A stretch of DNA of 64,000 bases, taken from contig OZ360227.1 in assembly GCA_977017645.1 (NCBI GenBank), forward strand, positions 88,474,001-88,538,000, read 5' to 3'. The notes beneath the pieces were generated by a model. It worked only from the letters and a program-made list of their open reading frames with translations. It did no database searches and was not told the DNA's origin. Every line of letters starts with the position of its first letter. The first letter of the stretch is position 1. This DNA is from Torpedo marmorata. Lineage: Eukaryota. Position numbers and translations under genes: made by a program. Below, one piece after another: positions 49,631-61,985 of this stretch.

Positions 49631-51744
49631 GTTGTGCTCTATGGTTCTGAAATGACTGATTTTCTTTGGATGCAAGTGAATCAGGGCATGAGGCAGGAAA
49701 ATGCACAATTGCAGGATCAGTCATGATCCTGTTCAACAGAGGATCATGGTGGGGAGGTCTTGGAGCTTTATATGTGTTATAAACAGGCTACTGGTGAGTA
49801 AGTGACACTGGATGGCATTGTTATGTCTTTGCTGATGATTGAGAGCAAACTGAGGGGTATTCTGCATTTGTCTTGCACTTCATGGGCAGTGGAAACTTGC
49901 AGTTGAGTAGATCCCACCACTGCTTGTGGAGCGACTAGTTCTGGAGTGCCATTCTTCCACCCTCGGGTGTGTATGTTGCCTGCCCTATGGCCTTCGCTGT
50001 ATCCAGTTATTCTCAGCCTATACTTGTTATCACATGGAGACTGACCTCTGGGGTGCTGGAGAACTCAGGAGGAAGTTGAGGTGAATTGTCAACTTGCCCC
50101 ATGAGCTGGACATGGTTATGAACGCTTCTGCCTTGTCTTACCATCACGTGATGGGCCCTCTTATCAAAAATAAGAGGGATCTTCTTGGACCCTCCTCCTT
50201 CTCGCATTTAGCTGTTTATTTACCCCTGCCATTAGTGACTGAAAAGCAGATGGTGATTAACATAAATCCAACTCCAGATGTTCTCCTTCACAATTAGAAA
50301 AAACAATATTAAACACCCGAGTTCTGACAAGCACTTTAAATACTGGACATTGTGGCAGAGACATGGATCTAAGAAGCTCAGGAGATATGGGTGAGATATA
50401 CCGGTAAGTGCAATGGTGAAAAGTAATTTTTGCTAAATTTTACAAGTATAACAAAAACAGGAGATAATTTTGATGAAGAACCAAAGTATATCATCTATTC
50501 AATTACTCACAATGGATTTTGGCCAAAAATAATTACAAATGATAATTACATCCTAAAGTATACATTATTCAAAATCAGTATTGACTGAAAAAGCATGTAA
50601 AAGCATGGTGTGACTACACAGATGTCTTTCTAAACTTGCTGCTATTACTTTGATGTAATTTCAGGATACTGAAAAAAGCAATTACTTTGTGCAATATACT
50701 TAGTGTAAGTGGACCTCAAATCCCACTAGAATTAGAAATGTCAGCTTGAAATTGAATAGTCCTGTAGAGATCTTACACCATTCAAGATGCACACAATCAG
50801 AGACTGCCAACTCATACAATTGTTGACTGCTGGCACTTACTGCACCATTCATCTGCAAGCTGCTTTTGAAAATAGTCGTGTCAGCAAAGCACATTTAAGC
50901 CAGGCCCTGATTCCACATTAATGAAGTGGATTTCTTTACAGAAATAAAACACCATTTAAGCTTACATTCAGTGACTGTTGCAACAAATACACTGATCTTC
51001 GGAAAACCACACTCTGTTCCTGATAACCCGAAACAGCCAATCACTTCCGCATCATTCCGACCTTCCCATTTTCACGTCTGCTTCACCCAAGATGCTTTTG
51101 AGATCCAGCTTTCCACACCCTCATTCATTGGGTGAAATTCTAAGGACTGCCTAAAAGTGCAATTAACAGGTTTGTTTCCTCTGATGGTCTTGTGTCCATG
51201 TTCAATGGTCTATAGTACATCGGCATTCACTCCTCTCAAATCCTTGGCTAAAAGAGTATACATGGATTTGTGGGCAAGTTGAAGCCAAAACTCAAAAAAT
51301 GACAAATGCTGAGAGGTCAAGTAAAATATGTAAATTTATGGCAGAAACTCTACATTTGCAGAACTGTCTGTTCCTCAGCTGACCCTGCCTCAGCCTAACT
51401 CTATACATGGGCAATCCCAAACAAAACATCACAGATGCTAACATATAATGAACTGAAGTCAGACCATCACAAACAACACTGTTGCAAGTTTCTAAGTCAG
51501 TTGCTCCTGTGTATCTGTTCAATGTATTCATCCTGGAGTGTGCTCTATTCAAATTGGACTTCTGAATTGGTTTGGACTTTCAGAACTGTTTACATTGTAA
51601 TTTCAAAATTGCACCTCGACTATCTTGGATTTATAACCTGAAAGAGAGGCCCCTTTATCAGGTGAAATTTACCCTTCCAGATGGACCATATGTGTTCACC
51701 AGAAACCTAAATTCATACCTACATTTCTCGTTTTAGCTTGTTTT

Positions 51745-53996
51745 AGCCATGAGACAGCACATCCTGATGCCTTCCCGATCATTGTGGGAGACTTCAATCA
51801 GGCCAACCTGAAGGAGTCTCTGACAAACTATCACCAACACGTCACATGCGAGACCAGGGGAACCAACACACTTGACAACTGCTACACCACCATGAAGAAC
51901 GCATACCGAGCCATACCACGACCGCACTTCAGCAAGACTGATCACCTGGCTGTACTTCTACTCCTGGCGTACAAGCAGAGACTGAAGACCACAGCACCAG
52001 TGGTGAGGACGGCAAAAGTATGGTCGAGGGAGGCGGAGGAGCGTCTGCAGGACTGCTTTGAATCGGTAAACTGGAACATATTCAAGAACTCATCCATAGA
52101 CCTGAATGAGTATGCAACAGGTGTCACCGACTTCATCAAGACCTGTGTGGAAGAGTGTGTGCCCACGCGCAAATACCGGGTGTTCCCCAACCAGAAGCCC
52201 TGGATGAATCAGAGAATTCGCAACCTGCTGAGGGCGAGAACAAGGGTGTTTAAGGATCTTTACAAGAAGTCCAGGCACAACCTGCGGAAGGCCATCTCTG
52301 AAGCAAAGTGGAAATTCCGGAGGAAGCTAGAGACAGACAGATACACGCCAGCTATGGCAGGGAGTGGCAGGCCATTACAGCCTACAAAGCGAGGGCGAAC
52401 ACTATAGACGGCTGTGATGCTTCACTACCCGATGAGCTGAACACCTTCTATGCCCGCTTTGAGAAGTAGAACCAAACAGTGCCGACTGGAATCCCTGAAA
52501 AGGCTGAGGACCCTGTGATACCTGTCTCTGAGGGCGACGTCAGAATCATTCAAGAGGGTGAACCCTCGCAAGGCGTCAGGCCCTGACGGCGTACCTGACA
52601 GGGTACTGAAAATCTGCGCCAACCAACTAGCCGGAGTGTTCATGGACATTTTCAACCTCTCATTGCGGTAGTCAGAGGTTCCCACCTGCTTCAAAACGGC
52701 ATCAATCATCCCGGTACCCAAGAAGAGTAGTGTGAGCTGCCTCAGTGACTACCTCCCAGTAGCACTAACTTCTACTGTGATGAAATGCTTTGAGAGGCTG
52801 ATCATGGCCAGAATTAACACGTACCTAAGCAAAGATCTGGACCCACTATAATTCGCCTATTGTCACAATCGCTCCACAGCAGATGCAATATCGCTGGCTC
52901 TCCACTCAGCTCTGGATCACCTCGAAAACAGCAATTCATACATACGGCTGCTCTTCATCGACTACAGCTCTGCCTTCAATACCATTATTCCCTCAGTGCT
53001 GGTCAAGAAGCTACAAATTCTAGGCCTCTGTACCCTCCTCTGCAACTGGATCCTTGACTTTCTCATCGGAAGAACACAGTCAGTACGAATTGGAAATAAT
53101 GTCTCCTCCTCACTGATTATCAACACAGGCGCACTCCAAGGATGCGTGCTTAGCCCACTGCTCTACTCGTTATACACCCATGACTGTGTGGCCAGGCACA
53201 ATTCCAATGCCATCTACAAGTTTGCCGATGACACCACAGTTGTCGGCAGAATCACAAACGGCAATGAGGAAGCGTACAGGAGGGAGATAGATCAGCTCGT
53301 TGAATGGTGTAACGACAACAACCTTGAGCTCAACGTCAGCAAAACCAAGGAGATGATTGTGGAGTTCAGGAGGAAGTCAGGGGAACACGACCCAGTCCTC
53401 ATCGAGCGCTCAGTAGTGGAGAGGGTGAAGAACTTCAAATTCCTGGCTGTCAACATCTCCGAGGATCTGTACTGGAGCCTCCACGTTGATGCAATCACAA
53501 AGAAGGCTCACCAGCGGCTATACTTTGTGAGGTGTTTGAGGAGATTCGGTATGTCACCGTGGAGAGCATTCTGGCTGGTTGCATCACTGCCTGGTATGAA
53601 GGCGCCAACTCTCAGGACGAGAATAAACTCCAGAGGGTTGTTAACTCAGCCTGTGACATGACAGGCACAAGACTTCACTCCATCGAGGATATCTACACGA
53701 GGCGGTGTCTTAAAAAAGCCGCCTCTGTCCTCAAAGACCCCCACCACCCATCAGGAAAAAGGTACAGGAGCCTAAAGACGAGCACTCAACGGCACAAGGA
53801 CAGCTTCTTTCCCGCTGCCATCAGATTCCTGAATAATCAATGAACCAAAGACACTGCCTTACTTTTCGTGCACTATTATTTATATATTTTTTATAGTAAT
53901 GTCGTAAGATGGTAATAATATGAATGTTTGCACTATGATGCTGCTGCAAAACACAGAATTTCATGACTTGTTCATGACAATAAATTCTGATTCTGA
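51745..53996 (+). mobile_element. Rex1/Babar-like LINE, 5'-truncated and degraded
   Basis: EN remnant (GDFNQA, LDNCY, TDH), RT ([19 protein letters not shown]) and an (ATTCTG)n tail; stops and frameshifts are present. Confidence 0.88.
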
Positions 53997-54774
53997 TAGC
54001 ACAATTCTCTATTCTCAGTTCCTTTGAAAATTAAATGTTACATTTGAATTTATTCCTTAGAAATGATTTCTTTGACTGAAGATTTATTAGAAGTTTAGAC
54101 ATGGCAAGAGAGGTCATGAATACAGCTTTAATTGTAACCGCTATTTCCTTATATCCTTTTACTTTAGATTCATCCCAGGTACTCATCTCTGCCAGAAAGC
54201 TCCTTGCTCAAGTCCTACTCTGGATACCAGGAACAAAAACCTGGAAGGAACACTGATGCTGTTTTTCAGATGAGTTGCCAAATCAGTGATTGGTCTATGG
54301 TACTTTTGTAATGTGGAGTATAGTATCCTTGCCAACCTTTCTAATGTTTAACCCTCAACCAACATCACAAAGATAAATTATTATCTTGCCATTATTACTT
54401 TGTTATTTATGAGAGCTTGTTAAGTTTGAGTGAATTGTGTTTGAAATTGGCCGCTGCTTTAAGTATCTCACCAGCAAAAAAAAATGGCAGCACCCGGAAT
54501 GGGATATGATTGAAGTTAAATAAAAGCAAGCCTTAATTACTTTTGCTTCAGTGGATCCACCACATACTGTATAATTTGAAGGAGATTGTCACAATCATAG
54601 AATGATTCTATTTAAAAAAAATAGATTGTTCAGATTGCACATTTTAGAACACGCCATATTATAAAGGAGCAACAAGCACTAACACATCGGAATTTACATT
54701 GCAGGAGTGGTGAACTCAGACCACTGTGGGAGTGATGGAGTTACACAAATCAATTCACACAGCAAAACATGCAG

Positions 54775-54995
54775 GGTGCCACTCCTCGCAGAGCTGCTGC
54801 CTCACAATCCAATGATCTAGGTTCGATCCTGACCTTAGGCTGCTATCTGTGTGGAGTTTGTGTTTTCTCCCTGTGACCATGTGGGTTTCCTCCAGGTGTT
54901 CTGGTTCCCCCTCCCCTACACATTCCCTTACATTCCAAAGACACGCTGATTGGTCGCTTAATTGATTATTGTAAATTACTCCAAGTGTAGATGGG
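54775..54995 (+). mobile_element. V-SINE-type SINE
   Basis: B box GGTTCGATCC and core GTGGGTTTCCTCCAGGTGTTCTGGTT. Confidence 0.65.
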
Positions 54996-55019
54996 TGGTA
55001 GGAAAATCAGTGTGGGGTT

Positions 55020-55700
55020 AAGTAGAGAGATAGTTTTTAAAAAAAATATTTTATTTAAAATTTTTTAAATCACACAGTACATAGTTTAAAATGCAAAATT
55101 ATCAAATTACATGTGATACATTTTCAAACCCCCTCCCTCCCTAACCCTCCCGAAAAGAAAGAAAGAAAGAAAGAAGGAAAAGATAAAGTAAGGAGAATGT
55201 CACTCTAAAAAAGAACAACTATAAACTAATTTTATTGTGGAACACAGGTTCGCCAGTCAGATCCAATATCCAGAGATCTTCAAATCCTTAACCCAACAGT
55301 TTTTATATATGGGCTCCATATTTTCAAAAAGAAATGATATTTATTACGTAAATTATAAGTAATTTTTTCAAGTGGTATACATGAACGAAGTTCTGCATGC
55401 CATCTTTCTAACCCTAAATCTACATTAGATTTCCATGTAATAGCAATGCATTTCTTAGAAACAGCTAAAGCAATACGTAAAAATTCTGTTTGATACATAT
55501 TTAATTTCATTTTAACACTAATTCTTTTAATATTTCCAAACAAAAATATTATATGATCCATTGGGAGTGTAATTCTTAATTCTTTATCTAAAAACTTTTT
55601 AACTTTCAACCAAAAATCATATATCTTTGGACAAAACCATGTAGAATGTACAAAAGAACCTTCCTCTCTATTACATCTAAAGCAAAGTAGAGAGATAGTT
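55020..55700 (-). mobile_element. 5'-truncated L1 3' end with a 16-bp TSD
   Basis: ORF 55280-55609 is very similar to the 7277 copy. TSD AAGTAGAGAGATAGTT at 55020-55035 and 55685-55700. Confidence 0.93.
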
Positions 55701-56367
55701 GACGGAGAAATATGCAGGGGAATAGAAATACATTAAGAGCTGGAAGAGGTCTCAATGAACTGAATTATATTTATCTGATGATCCAGAGGCATGAGTTCAA
55801 GTGAACCAGGGTGCATAGGGCATTCACATGCAGTTATTTAATTAACCTCTGAAATTTATCTAAATAAGATCAGGTATCATTAATGGTGACGATGAAATGG
55901 TGGATGCTAATTAAGAACTTAAGTGGTTTACCTTGGTGCTTTTGGCAGAGAACTTGCCTTCTTACCTGCTCTGGTCTGTATGTGATTTCAGAATGACACC
56001 ACAATCTGGGTAACTCTGAACTGAATTGTCCGCCCAATCCATTCTGTTTGAGGTTATTAGTCCTCTCATCAGTGACACCTACACCCTGCAACTGAATGAA
56101 AAGTAATTTTGCATTAGAATGTAGATTGATCATTTAATTATTAAATGAAATGAAAGCAGAAAATAGTGGAAATACTCAGCATGTCAGACAGCATCTGTGA
56201 AGATTGAAACAGAGTTAATGTTTCTGATCAGAGACCTGACGTGTGAATTTTAATAGTTGTCTGCTTTTAAACACAATCCGTTTGAATTTGCAGGTTTTCA
56301 ATCAGAGGGAGTTAAAAGGGCTGCATCCAGAAGGACAGTGTCCTTTACACCAACCATTCTCAACGGG

Positions 56368-57635
56368 GGTAAAAACACAGAAATGCTGGAGGAACTCAGC
56401 AGGTTTCACAGCGTCCATAGGAGGGTAAAGATGTATAACCGACGATTCGGGCCTGAGCCCTTCTTCAAGGTATGAGTAAAAATCAGGCAGGCACCTGAAT
56501 AAAAAGGCTGGGGAGAAGGGAAGAAAGGTTGGGGGAGGTGTTCATTGGATGGGAGAAGAGGAGAGAGGAAGGGTGAGAATTGACTGGGGGAGGGGGTGTG
56601 CTTTTTGGCTCTGTAGAAGCAGAGCTAGGGGAAAGGAGACAGAGGGAAAAGGTGAGAGAGATAGAGCTAGAGGAAAGGCGACATAGGGAAAGATAGGGGG
56701 AAGGGGGATGGCTAATGGAAACCGGAGAAACCAATGTTAATGCTATCCAGTCGGACGGTGCCCAGGCGGAAGATGAGGTGTTGTTCCTCTAATTTGCGGA
56801 TGGTCTCAGTCTGGCAGTGCATGAGACCATGCACAGACATGCCAACAAGGGAATGGGGCGGGGAATTTAAATGGGTGGCAACTGGGAAATCCCCATTATT
56901 GCGGCGGACAGAGCCGAGGTGCTCAACGAAGTGATCTCCCAGTCTGCGACCAGTCTCTCCGATGTAGAGGAGACCACATCGGGAGCACCAGATGCAGTAG
57001 ATGACCCCTGCAGATTCACAAGTGAAGTGTTGCTTCACTTGGAAGGACTGTTTGGGGCCCCGAGGGAGGAGGTGTGAGTGGAAGTGGAGCATCTCATGCG
57101 GTCACAGGGATAGGTGCCAAGGGGACGATTTGTGGGAAGGGAGGAGTGGACGAGAGAATCATGGAGGGAGCGGTCTGTGCGGAAGGCAGAGAGGGGAGGA
57201 GAAGGGAAGATGTGTCTGGTGATGGGATTACATAGTATGAGGCAGAAATAGCAGAGGAGGATTAGTTGGATGGGGAAGCTAGTAGGGTGGTAGGTGAGGA
57301 CAAGGCGAATCCTGTCCTTGTTGGGCTTGGGGGCGGAGGGAGCCAGGGCAAATGTGCAGGTAATGGAGGATATGCAGGTGAGGGCCGAGTTGATGGTGGT
57401 AGAGGGGAAACCACGTTTTTTTGAAGGCGGACATCTCTGATGATCTGGCATGGAAGGCCTTGTCCTGGAAGAAGATGCGATGGAGACAGAGGAATTGCGA
57501 GAATGTGTAACGGCACCGCTCCTGACGAAGGTAAGTACGCGACCGCGACAAATGGAATGGAATCCTTACAGGAGACAGGGTATGAAGAGCTGCAGTTGAG
57601 GTAGCTGTTGGGAGTTGGTGAGTTTGTGGAAGATG
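56368..57635 (-). mobile_element. Penelope-like retroelement 3' part (GIY-YIG endonuclease and terminal repeat)
   Basis: FTCESAGVIYCIWCSRCGLLYIGETGRRLGDHFVEH is a GIY-YIG motif with CxxC. It is followed by a pyrimidine-rich linker and a hammerhead-like terminal repeat. Confidence 0.9.
57506..57550 (-). mobile_element. 45-bp mini-element made of the two ends of the 44019 LTR family
   Basis: TGTAACGGCACCGCTCCTGACGAAGGTAAGTACGCGACCGCGACA with TSD AATG (57502-57505, 57551-57554). It matches 44327-44366 at 36 of 40 positions. Confidence 0.85.
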
Positions 57636-59407
57636 TTAAATTTTTTAATGTTTTTTATGTAGTCGGTAGGAGAGAAGTACGGAAGAAACCAAAACTTGAC
57701 TACTTCACAGGGAAGAGAGCCCATAAACTTTGAGCAGAGTCCTGGGGAGGCATAGCAAGAAAAAGGTTGAGAATGGATGTTTTACACCACTGCTTGAGTG
57801 GCAGGAAGAGCAGAAGAGATTCCACCATTCCAACAAACTCTCCATGAAACACCTCTCCCCACCCCTCCAATCACTATTGGATGGAACTCTCCATCCATAA
57901 TCACCATCATCCCCAGATCAGAACAGGACACTCCACTAACCCACCCATACTGCAGCATTCCCTGCCTTCCAGACCCATCCCATTACCACAATCTCACTCC
58001 CTCCTGCTACCAACCTGGAGACACAACAGACTGCAAATGCCGATGAAGGGTTTCAACCCAAAACTTCGACATTTCCTTTCTCCTCCCCTTCCCCCGCCCT
58101 GCCCTTTCTGATGGGCCACAGACCTTGCTGGATTTATCAGCCCTGTGAGATTGGCTTCTTGCCTAAAAGGCCTCACACGTGTCAATCATTGCCTGAATGG
58201 CCTCTCAATCAAGCTGCCTGTAAGTGAAACCTCACAGAAACGGGGCTGGTTGTCAAAATTCACGCAGCAATCAGCAAATCTGTTCTTCTTTGATCACCCA
58301 CCCACAACACCATCCCTGCAAAAACTTCCATGCAAAAAGCCATTGGTTTACTAATGTTCTCCAAATAACTAGCCAGCTCTTTCTCATGAGATATTTCTGT
58401 TTAAGGGGAAGCAATTTCTCCCTGTAGGATTTCTACGATTCACTTACTGAAAATTTAGAACTTTCTTTTGGGAAATGCATTTTAAACAATGAGGTTGTTA
58501 AATAATAAATCTGATGGTTGACCTGCTCCCATGGTACTCCTTGTGCTGAGCGTCAATATCTCTTGTCTATGCTGCTGTACTAATTAGATGGGACTGTACA
58601 TACTGAAATGGGTTTTAGATGAATTCACAAACTTGACACATTGCAAATTGCATCTTGCAGGTGGGACTGGCTTGTATTTAACAAGTGCATGACGTTTCAG
58701 GCTGGAAGCAACTGAAGCAGTGAACTGAATCCATCATTTTCCAGAGCAGGTGGCCATTAAGATGTGCACACATGTTGATCTCAGGTCCAATTTCTCCCCA
58801 TCAAGCCCCACACTGCATTCAGGTGAATCAGGTACCTCAAAAAAATCCTAGGCTCGGAGACTGGATCGATTAGCTTTCTATGGGCAAATATTAATTTAAC
58901 ACAGAGTGGATCATTTCTGGATGAAATCGTACCCTGCATGAAATGGGATCAGCTACTTCTGTGCACTGTTCACATTATTGCGCCTGATGATTTCCCCATT
59001 GTTGAGAGATGTGCCAGATAACACCACCATTTGTGCAATGACCTTCTCTGCCCTATCAGACATAATTTGGAGCCAAAAGGTTGTAACCTGCAACCATTTT
59101 GGGCCACTCAGTGTGGCCTGGTGATTTTGTTGCTCTTTTCATTGTTTAAAGGGACATTTTGCTGGCATGAGGAGATCTGAACAGGCAGCTTCACTGCACA
59201 CTGCTCAGACACTGCCAAGCCTGAATGATTGGAGAGCTTCCTTCTCCTGGCATTTAGTTGTGGAGCTATTCATTCAATTGGTGCCTGAGCCATGACATTA
59301 AAGGCAGCATTTAAAGCAGCTTCCCTGGGCAAGGGATGGCAGACTCTGCAGCGATGCCACGAGATGTCACCCCATCTCTATGATTTACCCGAAATAAAGA
59401 TGCATTT

Positions 59408-59660
59408 GGGGTGGCAACGGTTAGTGTAGCAGTTGGTGCAACGCTATTACAATGCCAGTAACCCGGGTTCGTATCCGACGCTGTCTGTAAGGAGTTTGTA
59501 CGTTCTCCCCATGTCTGCATGGGTTTTCACTGGGTGCCCCGGTTTCTTCCCACTCTTCAAAACTACAGGAGTTGTAGGTTAATTGGGGTATTTGTGTGGC
59601 ACTGGCTTGTGGGCCAGAAGGGCCTGATACCGTGCTGTATGTCTAAATTTAAATTTAAAC
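59408..59660 (+). mobile_element. V-SINE-type SINE
   Basis: tRNA-like head (GGTTCGTATCC), core TGGGTTTTCACTGGGTGCCCCGGTTTCTTCCCAC and an (AAATTT)n tail. Confidence 0.8.
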
Positions 59661-60374
59661 AGTGCTGGGGCGTTCAGAATCAAAATTCAACAACCCAATA
59701 TCATCTTGTTCTGAATGCAACTCCCTACATGGGCAGGTGTTGAGAGCCAACTCAGAGACAAGGAATGAAGATGGCAGGAAGAGGCCTCCTGTGACTTGGG
59801 GTCTGTCCCAGCTCCGGAGGTTGAACCAATGGAAGTGCAGTCTGGGTGCCAGCAGTTCGATGCCTAGATTCTTGGTTTAGCTGGTCTGCAGGTTCAGGTC
59901 ACTGATCATCCTCCTGAGGAGGTAGGTAGTCCTCGCATGCCATGTCTTCACACCTGTTGCAGAGTGACGCGCTGCATCTCTGGTGAGTGAACGCAGCTGC
60001 CAGCTCGCGGAGAATAGCAAGATGGCCACGGGTCCATCCCTGTGCGTATTCAGAGGAGCAAACTTTCTGCCATTCAGTTACACTATGCTGCTCTCTGGCA
60101 CCATTTCTCAGTTCCTTTAGAGCTTCAAGCTGCTCCCATATAACAGAGGCCAGATCTCCAGCTGCGTCAGGGCGAGACTGCAATGGAGATATTAAAGATG
60201 ACATGCAGCCTCTCTCTTTGTCTCCACTGCAGCTGTCTTTTGAACCAGTAAATGTTGCAGTGTGGGAGTGTCTCTAATCCTTAGCAAAGACACAGAGTGA
60301 AGCTCGTGGTCTCCTAGCTCTGCACTACCTTCTGTGAGAGCTTAGAGATGGATTCCTACCATACTGCTTATCAT

Positions 60375-61290
60375 AAGAACAAATGGAAATAATGAAATAG
60401 CTATTGCAGTAGGATCATGACTGAACTTATCGTGGCCTCAGTACTATTTTCCTACCTGTTTTCCATTATTCTTTCCTCGCCTGTTGTTTGAAACCAGTCT
60501 GATACGACCTGGAATAGATTCACTGATTCAGCCTTCACATATTTCTTGGGGAAGAAAACCTTCCTCATCCCCATCATAAATGCTGTTGTTCCACAATTAT
60601 GGCCCCTGGTACTAGATTTTCTTATGAAGGGAAACCTCTCAGCATCTACTTTATCAAGGCCCCTTAGAGTCTTAATAAGATTGCTTTTTCATTCTTCTAA
60701 ATGCCAACAAGCATAGTCCAAACCTGCTTAATCCCTCATATGATATCCCCTTCATCCCAAGAGTCAACACAGTCGACCTTCCCTGAACTGCCTCCATTGA
60801 AAATAGACCCTCCTTAAAAAAGGAGACCAAAACTGTACATAATACACCAACTGTGGTCTCACAGCTGTCACAAGATTTCCCTACTCTTATAATATATTTT
60901 CTTTGTAATACAAAACAGCATTCCATTTGTCTTCTCAATATCTTGCTATACCTGCATGCTAGCGTGTTCTGTTTCATGTATGTGGATGTCCCTATCCCTT
61001 GGTACAACATCCTTTGGTCTCTCTCTCTCCTAAAATTGTTCTATTTTTCCTGATTTAAGTCCTTCCCTCTAATTTGCCCCTCAATTTTTGACTGTCATTG
61101 GAATGCCAATAGTGTTTTCTACAGTGTAGAGACACAAAATATTTGTCCAAAATCTCTGCTATCTCCTTAGATCATCAACTCCTCCTCTCCTTCCTTTGTC
61201 CTCTGTCCATTTCCCAGATTCATCCTCTGAGCACCAACATTTACCATTGACCCCCACTTCCTTATTATGTACCTGCAGAAGTGTCACCTG
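60375..61290 (-). mobile_element. Degraded CR1-like LINE 3' remnant
   Basis: Translation MEAVQGRSTVLTLGMKGISYEGLSRFGL is CR1 C-terminus-like. Confidence 0.55.
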
Positions 61291-61489
61291 TGTACAGAGA
61301 GGTAGGCCTGATAACCCACAGCTTATCATGACAGAATGTCAATTGTGGTCCTCTTCTGAGTCCTCTGGAGCATGACAAATCCCAACCTGATAAGTTCCCG
61401 TGCCAGGTTCCTGCACCTGGCTCAGATTGCAATTAATGTGTGGATTATCTATCTGCCTGTGACGCTGTCCCTCTCACCTAATCTGCTCA

Positions 61490-61985
61490 TCTCCTGCACT
61501 GCCTGTGTCTCCAGGCCATCCAGCGCAATGATGCACTGTGCTCTTTATGATCATCAACTCCTCCTCCCCTTCCTTTGTCCACTAGTGAATCTCACCCCAA
61601 TTCTCCACTTTCCTTTAACGCCCTACCCTGTCTCTCTCTCTCTCTCTCTTTCCCCATCCCTCTGTCTCCTTTCCTCCAGCTCAACCTTTCCCTTCCTTCT
61701 ATCAGAGCTACCCTCAGTCCTCTCCTCATTACTTCTCAGCTTTTTTCTCTTCTACCCTCCCACCTGTATCCATGTATAGCCTCTTACCTGTTAGCCTGTG
61801 CTCCTCCCCTGCCCCTTCCTCCCTCCTCTCCTCCTCCCCTCCCCCTTCCCTCACCTTTTTATTCAGGCACGTGCCTGTTTTTGCTTATACCTGATGAAGG
61901 GCCCAGGTCTGAAATATTGGTTACCTTTTACTTCCTCTGGATGCTGCGTGACCTGCTGAGTTTCTCCAGACCATTTGTGCATTGG
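61490..61985 (+). mobile_element. Penelope-like 3' region and terminal repeat
   Basis: Pyrimidine-rich linker, then CCTGATGAAGGGCCCAGGTCTGAAAT...GACCTGCTGAGTTTCTCCAG; homologous to the reverse complement of 56370-56710. Confidence 0.75.
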
